From an uncultured Flavobacteriaceae bacterium (GTDB lineage Bacteria; Bacteroidota; Bacteroidia; Flavobacteriales; Flavobacteriaceae): 64,000 nucleotides of DNA. Where the stretch lies: the NCBI GenBank assembly GCA_964489625.1, contig CAZAZM010000011.1, positions 189 to 64,188 on the forward strand, in the 5' to 3' direction. Position numbers and translations under genes: made by a program. A model generated the notes under the pieces. It saw only the letters and a program-made list of their open reading frames with translations. It did no database searches and was not told the origin of the DNA. Shown here piece after piece: positions 1 to 9,266 of the stretch. Within the stretch, counting starts at the first letter, position 1. Each line of letters opens with the position of its first letter.

Positions 1-346
1 TCTGGATCTCCCGGATGAGCAGGGCCAGCGAAAGTATCAACAGGACCAGGGCAACGCCAAACACCCATACGGCAACCAGGTGCTGCTCGATGTAGATCAG
101 GAACATGGTGAGCACGCAGAGCAAGAGGCTGGATATCCCGAAGATCTGCATGGACCGGGTCAGGTACAGCCTTTTGCGGAGGTTGACGATCTGGCGCATC
201 AGGGACTCATCTTTCTCCTTCAGGTACTTCTCCTTGAGATTGCGAACCACCGAGGCATAGGCCAGGAATCGGTTCGTATAGGCCAGCATGATCAGGGAGA
301 TCGCGGAGAAAAGAAGCGCAGGCGTGGTGAGGGTAAGTTGTTCCAT
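1..346 (-). CDS. DUF2721-family membrane protein (runs off the window start)
   Basis: Not in the ORF track. My translation from ATG 346 is MEQLTLTTPALLFSAISLIMLAYTNRFLAYASVVRNL...LYLTRSMQIFGISSLLLCV, the typical DUF2721 N-terminus with hydrophobic helices. Confidence 0.85.
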   Translation of the reverse strand, partial: MEQLTLTTPALLFSAISLIMLAYTNRFLAYASVVRNLKEKYLKEKDESLMRQIVNLRKRLYLTRSMQIFGISSLLLCVLTMFLIYIEQHLVAVWVFGVALVLLILSLALLIREIQ

Positions 347-350
347 GTCT

Positions 351-358
351 CAAATTTA
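351..358 (-). promoter_or_regulatory. Bacteroidota -7 promoter box TAAATTTG, 4 nt upstream of the DUF2721 ATG
   Basis: Exact TAnnTTTG match on the minus strand. Confidence 0.6.
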
Positions 359-405
359 CGTGAATTTCCTTTTTTTGGTATATTTAGCCATCAACTATTC
401 AGCCC

Positions 406-1167
406 GTGATCAAATTCTTTCGAAAAGAACGCCAGAAAATGGCGGATGAGAACCAACTTCTCAAGTACAGTCGCTATGCAATCGGCGAGATCGTCCTGGT
501 CGTTATCGGAATACTTATCGCCCTGCAGATCAACAACTGGAACGAAGATCGGCTCGCAAGAATCGAAGAGAAAAGAATTCTCTCCAATCTCCACCAGGAA
601 TTCGAGAAGAACAAGATCCTTCTGGACACCTGTATTTCCAAGAACCAAAAAGCGCTCGGCAGCATGAAGGAGATCATGGATCTCATTGCCAAGGGAGATT
701 CGCAGGGAACACCTGACGATCCGGAGAATTCAAAACTCGACCGGTTGTTGTTTCACAGCTTCGAGCACCTGAACTACTTTCCTTCCCAGCATTCCCTGAA
801 CGAGCTCATACAGTCAGGAAAGATGCAGTACCTGAGGAATGATCGGTTGAAATCCCTGCTGTACCAATGGTCTAGCGCTTTGGACACTTCCCTGGAAGGA
901 TTCAACGGGGTCGATCTAAAAGTGGAGCAGGACATCCTGCCCTATCTGACTCGGAATTACCCCCTGAAGGATATGGACCGCTTCGGCCCGCTTGCCTGGA
1001 AGGAAGGCTCGACCCTTGAATCCGACAAGACCCTGATCCTGAGAGAACTGGAATTTGAAAACCTGATCGATGACAATCTTTACCGGTTGAATGACTTTCT
1101 CTTTTCACTTTCGGAGCTGAGGGTCCTTATCGAAGAGATCCTCACCGAATCTTCCAAATACGAATGA
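406..1167 (+). CDS. DUF6090-family protein (N-terminal TM helix)
   Basis: MIKFFRK...YAIGEIVLVVIGILIALQINNWNE is the characteristic flavobacterial DUF6090 N-terminus; GTG start. Confidence 0.85.
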   Translation: MIKFFRKERQKMADENQLLKYSRYAIGEIVLVVIGILIALQINNWNEDRLARIEEKRILSNLHQEFEKNKILLDTCISKNQKALGSMKEIMDLIAKGDSQGTPDDPENSKLDRLLFHSFEHLNYFPSQHSLNELIQSGKMQYLRNDRLKSLLYQWSSALDTSLEGFNGVDLKVEQDILPYLTRNYPLKDMDRFGPLAWKEGSTLESDKTLILRELEFENLIDDNLYRLNDFLFSLSELRVLIEEILTESSKYE

Positions 1168-2309
1168 CCGGGATGACAGAGCTCAACCACCCCATATACG
1201 TCCTGGCCGTGCTTTGCCTGATGGTCATCCTCTCGGTTTACGCGGGAAATACGCGTTGGGGCAAGAAATTCGGGGCGGCGTTGCTCGTGATCGTCTTCAC
1301 GGCGGTCGTGGCGAACCTGGGCCTGATCCCCTCCGCTTCCAACTCCATCCCATTGTACGAGGGCATATTCGAATACCTGGCACCCCTTTCCATCTTCTAC
1401 CTGCTCCTGGGAGTGAACCTGAAAAGCCTGAAAAGGGCCGGTGCGCCCATGATCATCCTGTTTGTACTGGGTTCCCTGTCGACGGCCCTGGGCGTACTGG
1501 CTGCCTGGAACCTGGTCTCTCCGCAGCAGGCACTGGGTGAGGATGCCCGGGTAATAGCAGGCATGCTCGCAGGAACCTATACCGGGGGAAGCGCAAATTT
1601 CAATGCCGTGGCCCTCGAATACGACATGCAGGAGAAGGGAGTGCTTTACGCCGGCACCATTGCCGTTGATAACGTGGTCACCACGCTCTGGATCGTAATA
1701 ACCCTGGCGATTCCGGCCGTCATGAGCAGGTTGTGGAAAGGAAGAAAAGTTGCTCAGGACACGCTCGAAGCCCACATTCCGGAGAACGAGAGCATTGACT
1801 TTCTTTCCCTGATCTGGCTTGCTTTTTTTGGGGTGGCCGCCTTCTTCCTTTCGGAGGCCATCAACAGGTTGGCCCCCCAGATCCCGTCAATACTGATCCT
1901 TTCAACCCTGGGTGTGATACTGGCCCAGTTCTCCTTCGTGGCAAAACTGAAGGGCAGTCATTTCCTCGGACTCTACCTGGTCTACCTGTTCCTGGCAGTG
2001 ATCGGGGCCTATTGTGAAGTTGCCGCGGTGATCGAGCTGAGCTCGGTTGGAACGACCCTGCTCGCCTTTGCCTCGCTGAGCGTGCTGGTCCATGGATTGC
2101 TGATCATCGGCTTGGGAAGCCTGCTGTTCCGCGATTGGGAAATGATCGCCATCGCGAGCCAGGCAAATGTGGGAGGAGGCACCACCGCCATGGCATTGGC
2201 GGAGACCTTCAAAAGAAATGAGCTGATATTGCCGGCCATCCTGGTCGGATCTCTGGGCACGGCGCTCGGAACCTATATCGGGTTTTCGGTGGTTTACCTG
2301 CTGGGTTAG
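1164..2309 (+). CDS. DUF819-family multi-pass membrane protein
   Basis: 381 aa with about 11 hydrophobic segments; GTYTGGSANFNAV and ASQANVGGGTTAMALA motifs; ATGA overlap with the upstream gene. Confidence 0.85.
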   Translation: MTGMTELNHPIYVLAVLCLMVILSVYAGNTRWGKKFGAALLVIVFTAVVANLGLIPSASNSIPLYEGIFEYLAPLSIFYLLLGVNLKSLKRAGAPMIILFVLGSLSTALGVLAAWNLVSPQQALGEDARVIAGMLAGTYTGGSANFNAVALEYDMQEKGVLYAGTIAVDNVVTTLWIVITLAIPAVMSRLWKGRKVAQDTLEAHIPENESIDFLSLIWLAFFGVAAFFLSEAINRLAPQIPSILILSTLGVILAQFSFVAKLKGSHFLGLYLVYLFLAVIGAYCEVAAVIELSSVGTTLLAFASLSVLVHGLLIIGLGSLLFRDWEMIAIASQANVGGGTTAMALAETFKRNELILPAILVGSLGTALGTYIGFSVVYLLG

Positions 2310-2620
2310 GGCATTCGGCGCTTGATCATGTTCTCGAGCTCCTCGATCCTGTCGAGCAGTTGCATGGTCAGGGCCGCCCCGGAAATATTGAGCTCCAGGT
2401 CCCTTCTCAGGCGCTGGACCTTCTGAACCCTCCACAGGGTCTCCCGTGAGAATCTCCAACGCTTTTCCCTGACCTTAAGGGGCTCGATGATGCCTTCGTA
2501 GACAAGCTCGGCGATCTCCCCTTCCGGGATCATGCATCGCTCGCTGAGCTGTACCATGCTTATGGGACCCTCTTCTTCCAACAGGATTCCCTCGTAGACT
2601 TTGACGATCTTTCTTTTCAT
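2306..2620 (-). CDS. cbpM: Chaperone modulator CbpM (MerR-like)
   Basis: 104 aa, RLRRDLELNISGAALTMQLLDRIEEL; directly downstream of cbpA. Confidence 0.85.
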   Translation of the reverse strand: MKRKIVKVYEGILLEEEGPISMVQLSERCMIPEGEIAELVYEGIIEPLKVREKRWRFSRETLWRVQKVQRLRRDLELNISGAALTMQLLDRIEELENMIKRRMP

Positions 2621-2624
2621 CGGT

Positions 2625-3596
2625 TTATAGTTTAAAATTGGCCCTTGGATCGAAGTTCAAAGTCTTCATATCCTCATAGATCTTCTTTGCTCTCTCACTG
2701 TCGCCCGGTGGAAGGACCACGTTGAGCACCACGTACAGGTCTCCGGGCACCTTGGATGGAATGCCCTTTCCCTTCAGTCGCAGCTTCTTGCCGCTTGCGG
2801 AGCCCTTGGGCACCTTGAGCTTTATGTTGCCTTCCGGGGTGGGCACAGATATGGATTCGCCCAGTGCCGCCTCCCAGGGAGCGATTGGCACATTGACATA
2901 GACATCCCCACCCTCCACGTGATAGTTCTTTCCAGACAGGTATTCGATTGTGATGTACAGGTCCCCCGGTTTGCCGCCATTGATCCCCGGCCCTCCTTTC
3001 CCGGCCAGGCGGATCCTCTTGCCGTTCTGCACTCCCTTGGGAATCTTGACGTTCAGGGTGACCGGCGCGTACCTCATGGCTCCCGTGGGATCCAGGGTCG
3101 GGGATTCAAAGGATATCTGCCGCGTGGCCCCTTTGTATGCGTCCTCCAGCGGGATCGCAATGCTGGCGTTCATGTCCTGACCCTTGCGGCTGACGGCCTG
3201 TCTCCGCTGCTGAAAGCCGCTTCCGGCCCGCCTGCTTCCGAACAGGTTTTCAAAGAAGTCGCTGTATTCTCCGCCCAGGTCGCCAAAATCGAAGCCCCCG
3301 GCTCCAAAATCCTGCCCGCCGGTGGGTTCATACCTCCTGTAGTACTGCTTTTGCTGCGCCTGCTGCTCCTTTCCGGCCTTCCAATCGGCTCCGAACTCGT
3401 CATAGGCCTTTCTCTTCTCCGGATCCTTGAGCACCTCGTAGGCCTCCGCGACCTCCTTGAAGTTCTTTTCCGCGTCAGCAGCCTTGTTGACGTCGGGATG
3501 ATACTTCCTCGCGAGCTTCCTGTACTCCTTCTTGATCTGCCCCTCGGAAGCGTCTTTGGGCACTCCCAGAATCTTGTAGTAATCCTTGAATTCCAC
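2625..3596 (-). CDS. cbpA: Curved-DNA-binding DnaJ-class co-chaperone CbpA
   Basis: J-domain with HPD (KYHPDVNK), G/F-rich region, DnaJ C-terminal domain, no Zn finger; GTG start. Confidence 0.9.
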   Translation of the reverse strand: MEFKDYYKILGVPKDASEGQIKKEYRKLARKYHPDVNKAADAEKNFKEVAEAYEVLKDPEKRKAYDEFGADWKAGKEQQAQQKQYYRRYEPTGGQDFGAGGFDFGDLGGEYSDFFENLFGSRRAGSGFQQRRQAVSRKGQDMNASIAIPLEDAYKGATRQISFESPTLDPTGAMRYAPVTLNVKIPKGVQNGKRIRLAGKGGPGINGGKPGDLYITIEYLSGKNYHVEGGDVYVNVPIAPWEAALGESISVPTPEGNIKLKVPKGSASGKKLRLKGKGIPSKVPGDLYVVLNVVLPPGDSERAKKIYEDMKTLNFDPRANFKL

Positions 3597-3646
3597 TATT
3601 CCTGTTTTTCGGATGGTTTCTTCCCTTTTCTATGGGACCGGTCCCT

Positions 3647-3654
3647 CAAATTTA
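3647..3654 (-). promoter_or_regulatory. -7 promoter box TAAATTTG for cbpA-cbpM
   Basis: Exact TAnnTTTG about 50 nt upstream of the start. Confidence 0.55.
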
Positions 3655-3700
3655 CGAACTAATCTATAGAAATTCACGTTTCGGTTCATATAAGGGCTCA

Positions 3701-4579
3701 TTATTCGCCCTTCAGCAGCTCGATGTATTCATCCAGATTGGCCTTCACCTCAGGCTCCAGGTCGGGCTCGCGGATGTCCGAGTACCCGGAAAGCACCTCG
3801 TATAGGGTGCGGGTGACCATATACCGCGCCGTGGCCTTGTCATCCGCGGGGATTACGTACCAGGGGGCATGAGGCTTCGAGGTTTGGTTGATGGCCTCTT
3901 CATAGCACTCCTGGTATTTGGGCCATAGGGCTCGCTCTTCCAGGTCGCCCGGTGAGAACTTCCAGTGCTTGTTGTCCTTCTCAAGTCGCCTGAGCAACCT
4001 GTTCTTCTGCTCCTCCTTGGATAGATGAAGGAAGAATTTGAAGACGATCGTGCCGTTCTGGCTCAGATGCCTCTCAAAGCTCCTGATCTGCTCAAAGCGC
4101 TGCTCCCAAAACGCGGGGCCAATGTCCTCGACCCGTTCAATGCCCGGCAGGTTCTCTCCGAGTATGTACTCAGGGTGCACCCGGGTCACCAGCACATTCT
4201 CGTAATGGGTACGGTTGAACACGGAGAATTTCCCCCTTTCCGGCAGGGCCAGGTAATGCCTCCAGAGGTAATCGTGGTTCCGCTCGAGCTCCGTGGGCAC
4301 CTTGAAGCTGTGAACCACCACTCCTCTTGAGTTGAAATCCTTGAAGACCTCCCGGATCAGGCTGTCCTTGCCGGAGGTGTCCATGCCCTGCAAACAGACC
4401 AGGACCCCATATTTGCCATGGGCGTATTGAGTGTCCTGCAACTTGCCAAGCTTCCTGCGGACCTTTTTCATTGCGTCCTTTATGCTTTCCTCGTCCGCTT
4501 CCATGTCGAAACGGGTAGCTCTGCGAGAGAGGCTGACAGGGGCTTTTACCTTGAAATCGTCGGGGTGAAAATCTTTCAT
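3701..4579 (-). CDS. ppk2: Polyphosphate kinase 2 family, class III-like (NMP/NDP-phosphorylating)
   Basis: Walker A QGMDTSGKD, FNRTHYENVLV (Glu-type class III signature), PWYVIPADDK. Confidence 0.9.
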   Translation of the reverse strand: MKDFHPDDFKVKAPVSLSRRATRFDMEADEESIKDAMKKVRRKLGKLQDTQYAHGKYGVLVCLQGMDTSGKDSLIREVFKDFNSRGVVVHSFKVPTELERNHDYLWRHYLALPERGKFSVFNRTHYENVLVTRVHPEYILGENLPGIERVEDIGPAFWEQRFEQIRSFERHLSQNGTIVFKFFLHLSKEEQKNRLLRRLEKDNKHWKFSPGDLEERALWPKYQECYEEAINQTSKPHAPWYVIPADDKATARYMVTRTLYEVLSGYSDIREPDLEPEVKANLDEYIELLKGE

Positions 4580-4748
4580 GAGGGATAAGTTGATTGATGC
4601 TGTGAAAAGATAACAAGAATCCGGCAGTTTTCAAACAGGCAGGATCGTGGAGCATGCCCAAATTGCTCGTGGCAAATCCAATTCCGAAACCGAGAAAAAT
4701 AATTGTTGCAAAAGGAATCCACGTGTATCAACATATTCAAAAACAAAT

Positions 4749-4756
4749 TAACTTTG
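4749..4756 (+). promoter_or_regulatory. -7 promoter box TAACTTTG for the ppk2-led operon
   Basis: Exact TAnnTTTG, 23 nt before ATG 4780. Confidence 0.6.
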
Positions 4757-4779
4757 ATATTTAATGTATTAAAAAAACT

Positions 4780-5523
4780 ATGTCACTTTATCCGCTGGAA
4801 CACGACCAGGTATACCTCAATCTGCAGACCGAGCTGGTCTGGCTGCAACAGCATATCAAGGAGACGAATCAAAGGCTCATCATTCTGTTCGAAGGACGCG
4901 ACACTGCAGGCAAGGGAGGAGCCATCATGAGGTTCATTCGCTTCCTCAACCCGCGGCTGTTCAAGGTCGTGGCTCTGTCAAAGCCGACGGAAAAGGAGGC
5001 CGGGCAGTGGTATTTTCAAAGATACGTCGAACACCTTCCGGGGCCGGGAGAGATGGCTTTCTTCGACAGGAGCTGGTACAACCGGGCCGTGGTGGAACCC
5101 GTCATGGGATTCTGCACGCAGGAACAATACGACCTCTTCATGGAACAGGTGCTTCTTTTCGAGGACATGCTGGTCAAGGACGGGATCCTGCTCTTCAAGT
5201 TCTGGTTCTCCATCGATGCCGAGGAGCAGAAGAAGAGACTGGATGAGCGAGTTCACAATCCCTTGAAGCAATGGAAGATGAGCAGCGTGGACGTACAGGC
5301 ACAGTCGAAATGGGAGGATTTCACCAAATTCAAGAACGCGATGTTCGAGAAGACCTCCACCCAAAAATCACCCTGGGTGGTGATCAAGGGAAATGACAGG
5401 GAGCTTGCCCGGAAGGAGGCGATCAGGTATGTCGTCCACAACGTCAGCTATGAAAAGAAAGGGAAAACGGGCGAGCGGCTGACCCCTTCGGACGAGATTA
5501 TTTCGGTATACAAAAACGGTTAG
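4780..5523 (+). CDS. ppk2: Polyphosphate kinase 2, class I-like
   Basis: EGRDTAGKGG, FDRSWYNRAVVEPVMGFC, QWKMSSVD. Confidence 0.9.
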   Translation: MSLYPLEHDQVYLNLQTELVWLQQHIKETNQRLIILFEGRDTAGKGGAIMRFIRFLNPRLFKVVALSKPTEKEAGQWYFQRYVEHLPGPGEMAFFDRSWYNRAVVEPVMGFCTQEQYDLFMEQVLLFEDMLVKDGILLFKFWFSIDAEEQKKRLDERVHNPLKQWKMSSVDVQAQSKWEDFTKFKNAMFEKTSTQKSPWVVIKGNDRELARKEAIRYVVHNVSYEKKGKTGERLTPSDEIISVYKNG

Positions 5524-5527
5524 AAAA

Positions 5528-6589
5528 ATGGATCTGAAAGACGGTGTAAAAACATCCGAAAACAAAGTGTCGTCGGAGGCGATGAAACTGAGCGAATTCG
5601 TCAAGGACAAAAAGAACTCCCTGATTGACCGGCTCGAGAGCTTTGAGGACATCATCAACCTGGAAGTGGGTGACACCGGTCTCAACCGGGCCAAGGGGCT
5701 TGAGCGCGAATTCAACATAAGACAGCTTTACCTGAAATACGAGGGTGACAATCCCACGGGAACCCAAAAGGACCGCATCGCCTTTGCCCAGGTCTATGAT
5801 GCCCTCAGAAGACGCTTCAAGATCATTGTCGTGGCGACCTGCGGAAATTATGGGGTGGCCGTGGCGCTGGCTGCCAACCTGGCCGGGCTCAAGTGCAAGA
5901 TCTTCATACCCAGCTCCTATCACACCGAGCGCGTCCGTGAGATGGAGTCTCTGGGGGCGGAGATCATTCGCCTGCCGGGAACCTATGAGGACGTGGTGAC
6001 GGCCAGCAGCGAACTGTGTGAAAAGCACAGGTGGTACGATGCCAATGCCGGGGGCGCCAACACTCCCCTTCAGATATCGACCTACTCCCAGATCGCCAGC
6101 GAGATCTTCGAAGACCTGGGCGATGCCCCCAAATACTGCGCAGTGCCCGTTTCAAACGGCACTTTGCTCGCCGGGGTTTTCAGGGGTTTCGTGAGCCTCT
6201 ACAAAAGAGGAAAGACCTCTCGCATCCCGAAAATGGTGGCTGCCTCCTCTACCCGCAAGAACCCCATCATCCAGTCCTTCAAGCAGGGACTGGACTATTG
6301 CAGGGACCTCAGCCCGGAAGTGATCCGTGAGACGCGCCTGAACGAACCCCTGATCAACTGGCACAGCTTTGACGGGGAGGAGGCATTGTATGCCCTGCGG
6401 GAGTCCAATGGAGAGGCCTTCAACGTCAGCGACAGCAAACTTAAGGAAATGACCAGCATCCTGTCGAAAAAGGAAGGCTTGCGCATCCTTCCCGCTTCCA
6501 CGGCGGGGCTGATCGCCCTGCTCGAGCTCAACGGGACCCGGGACTTTGAACCCGATCGGTATGTGGCCATATTAACAGCAAAAAATTGA
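5528..6589 (+). CDS. Fold-type II PLP-dependent enzyme (threonine synthase-like, substrate unknown)
   Basis: LKYEGDNPTGTQKDR (PLP Lys), ATCGNYG, VPVSNGT, PASTAGL. Confidence 0.85.
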   Translation: MDLKDGVKTSENKVSSEAMKLSEFVKDKKNSLIDRLESFEDIINLEVGDTGLNRAKGLEREFNIRQLYLKYEGDNPTGTQKDRIAFAQVYDALRRRFKIIVVATCGNYGVAVALAANLAGLKCKIFIPSSYHTERVREMESLGAEIIRLPGTYEDVVTASSELCEKHRWYDANAGGANTPLQISTYSQIASEIFEDLGDAPKYCAVPVSNGTLLAGVFRGFVSLYKRGKTSRIPKMVAASSTRKNPIIQSFKQGLDYCRDLSPEVIRETRLNEPLINWHSFDGEEALYALRESNGEAFNVSDSKLKEMTSILSKKEGLRILPASTAGLIALLELNGTRDFEPDRYVAILTAKN

Positions 6590-6593
6590 ATTG

Positions 6594-7670
6594 ATGAAAA
6601 AAAACTCTATTGACGGGAAAGCCATAGTCTATTGCGAAGGAGCTTTCAACACACCCAATGGAAAAACAGCCCATGGGCTCGTCCGGTTCACAGAGAGATA
6701 CGAGATCGTAGGGGTCCTCGACAGGAACTACGCCGGCCATGACGCCGGGGAGGTGCTCGACGGCAAGCCCAATGGGGTGATGATCTACAAGAGCCTCGAA
6801 TCCGCGGAGAAAAAACTGCTCGAGAAGGGAATCGTCCCCAGGACCATGGTCATAGGCCTTGCCCCCGATGGCGGCAGGTTGCCGGCCTCGGCCAGGGGAA
6901 CGATCAAAAAGGCCCTGGAAATGGGCTGGAACGTGGACAGCGGCCTGCACGATTTCCTGACCAATGACGAGTCACTTGTCAGGCTGGCCCGGGAGAACCA
7001 GTGCACGATCAGGGACATCCGAAAGACCCCGGACAGGGACAAGCTCCACTTTTTCACCGGGGATATCGAGCGGGTCAAATGCCTAAAGCTCGCCGTACTG
7101 GGCACGGACTCCGCCATCGGCAAGCGAACAACGGCCTGGATACTGGTCCATGCCCTCCGGGAAGCCGGCTACAAGGCCGAAATGGTGGGTACGGGGCAGA
7201 CCGCCTGGATGCAGGGAGCCAAATACAGCATGATCATGGACAGCTGCATCAATGACTTCGTTTCGGGAGAGATCGAGCATGCCGTAGTGAGCGCCTATGA
7301 TAACGAGCATCCGGACGTTATCGTGATCGAAGGACAGGGAAGCCTCATGAACCCGGCCTATCCGGGTGGTTTCGAGATCCTGGCCGCAGGGCGCCCGGAC
7401 TACGTCATCCTGCAGCACGCGCCCAAGCGACTGGAATACGACGGGTTCCCCGGGTATCCCCTGCATCCGCTGAAGGAGCAGATACAGGCCATAGAGATCA
7501 TTTCGAGTAAGAAGGTGATCGCAGTGACGGTCAACCACGAGAACATGGAGGAACATGAGATCCCGGAGGCCTGCAAAAAGATCACGGAAGAGACCGGGCT
7601 TCCGGCCTTCGACGTGCTGGCGGACGGAGCCGGTGAACTGGTCCAACACTTAAAAGACAAGATGAAATGA
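6594..7670 (+). CDS. DUF1611-family protein (DgcN-like N-acetyltransferase candidate)
   Basis: GKTAHGLVR, GTDSAIGKRTT P-loop-like motif, IEGQGSL; ATG 6594 (track uses TTG 6591). Confidence 0.85.
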   Translation: MKKNSIDGKAIVYCEGAFNTPNGKTAHGLVRFTERYEIVGVLDRNYAGHDAGEVLDGKPNGVMIYKSLESAEKKLLEKGIVPRTMVIGLAPDGGRLPASARGTIKKALEMGWNVDSGLHDFLTNDESLVRLARENQCTIRDIRKTPDRDKLHFFTGDIERVKCLKLAVLGTDSAIGKRTTAWILVHALREAGYKAEMVGTGQTAWMQGAKYSMIMDSCINDFVSGEIEHAVVSAYDNEHPDVIVIEGQGSLMNPAYPGGFEILAAGRPDYVILQHAPKRLEYDGFPGYPLHPLKEQIQAIEIISSKKVIAVTVNHENMEEHEIPEACKKITEETGLPAFDVLADGAGELVQHLKDKMK

Positions 7671-9211
7671 GCCGCATACGCGACCTGGTCGTATTCGAGA
7701 AGCTGAAGGTTCACAAGGTCCTGGTAGAACCCAAAAGGGTTCGGGCCACCTATTCCGTGTATTCGGGAAATGGGAGCATTGAAAGCCGGGAGCTGATCTA
7801 CAGCTACAACGAACGATATTTCGACCCTGGAGACTGGGAGGATGTCAACCTCGCTTCCATGATGCTTGCCCAGGTGGCGCTGAATTACGGCCTGTTCTTT
7901 GAGACGATCGAATTCGACGGGGTGTATGACGAAGCCGACCAATCCTTTCTCAGGAGCATGATCGAGAATACCTCCCGGGAGATCCTGGTCAACAAGATCC
8001 TGAACCCCACCGAGTTCCTCAAGCCTCCCTACAATGAGACCCAGACAGAGACCATGGAGAGATACACCGCTGCAAAGCTGGTTTTCCTGAACTCGGATCA
8101 CGAGAATCTCAAGAGGAAAGAAGGCTCGCCAAAGCCGGACCTTGACAAATATGCCATCCTGAGCAGTGGCGGCAAGGACAGCCTTTTGACCTACGGCCTG
8201 GTCTCCGAGATCGGGGAAGCGCATCCCGTTTTCATCAACGAGTCGGGTAGGCACTGGTTCTCCGCAGTAAACGCTCACGCCTACTTCAAGGAGCACGAGC
8301 CCAATACGGCCAAGCCCTGGTGCAACAGCGACCGGATCTTCAACTGGATGGCCAAGCAGATGCCCTTTATCAGGGAGAATTTTCAGCAGATCCGGGCAGA
8401 CGTCTACCCGATTCGTCTCTGGACGGTCGCGGTATTCCTGTTCGGCGTATTGCCCATAGCGAGGAAACGCGGGATCGGCAATGTCCTGATCGGGGACGAG
8501 TACGATACGACCATTAAGGGAAACTTCCAGGGAATATCGCATTATCATGCCCTGTACGATCAGAGCAAGTACTTTGACAACGCCATGACCCGCTACTATC
8601 GAAAAAAAGGCTGGGGCATTTACCAATACTCGATACTCAGGAGCCTGTCAGAGCTGCTCATCCTCAAAATACTGGTCCGGCGTTACCCGGAGCTCCAGGC
8701 CCAGCAGGTCTCCTGCCATGCGGCGCACGAGAAGGACGGAAGGATGCTTCCCTGCGGTAACTGCGAGAAATGCAGGAGGATCATCGGCATGCTGAAGGCC
8801 CTGGATGAGGACCCCCAACGCTGCGGTTACACCCCGGAACAGGTGAACAAAGGGCTTGCTGCCCTGTCGAACAAGGGGGTCAAGCAATTGGGAACGGACG
8901 CGGCGCACCTTTACCATTTGCTCCTTTCCAAGGGCCTGATCCCTGAGAACGAGCATACGAAAAGATTGGCCAGGGAGCACGCCTACATTGAAAGACTGCG
9001 CTTCGATTCTGAGAGAAGCCTCATAGCGGACCTTCCCGTCCACGTCCGAAAACCCCTGTTTAAGATCCTGGGGGAGAGCACGGAAGGGGCCGTTCTTCTC
9101 AAAGAGAGGAAATGGGTGGACCTGAACATCGACGAGGAGTTCATGAGCAGCCCTCACTTCCTGTCCCTCAAAGAAGCACCTGTACAGGACCAGCCGAAGG
9201 ATCAGACCTGA
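7667..9211 (+). CDS. PP-loop adenine-nucleotide alpha-hydrolase with a Cys cluster (MurL/QueC-like), function unknown
   Basis: LSSGGKDSLL, YSILRSLSELLI, SCH...PCGNCEKC; ATGA overlap with DUF1611. Confidence 0.75.
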   Translation: MSRIRDLVVFEKLKVHKVLVEPKRVRATYSVYSGNGSIESRELIYSYNERYFDPGDWEDVNLASMMLAQVALNYGLFFETIEFDGVYDEADQSFLRSMIENTSREILVNKILNPTEFLKPPYNETQTETMERYTAAKLVFLNSDHENLKRKEGSPKPDLDKYAILSSGGKDSLLTYGLVSEIGEAHPVFINESGRHWFSAVNAHAYFKEHEPNTAKPWCNSDRIFNWMAKQMPFIRENFQQIRADVYPIRLWTVAVFLFGVLPIARKRGIGNVLIGDEYDTTIKGNFQGISHYHALYDQSKYFDNAMTRYYRKKGWGIYQYSILRSLSELLILKILVRRYPELQAQQVSCHAAHEKDGRMLPCGNCEKCRRIIGMLKALDEDPQRCGYTPEQVNKGLAALSNKGVKQLGTDAAHLYHLLLSKGLIPENEHTKRLAREHAYIERLRFDSERSLIADLPVHVRKPLFKILGESTEGAVLLKERKWVDLNIDEEFMSSPHFLSLKEAPVQDQPKDQT

Positions 9212-9266
9212 AATAACAACAGAAAAACAAACCCGGAGTTTTCACTCACTCCAGAAACAGAACATC

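Noticed and set aside
7400-8626. 408-aa antisense ORF across DUF1611 and the MurL-like gene
   Set aside because: It spans a sense-gene junction with the V/L/G/D/Q-rich composition typical of shadow ORFs
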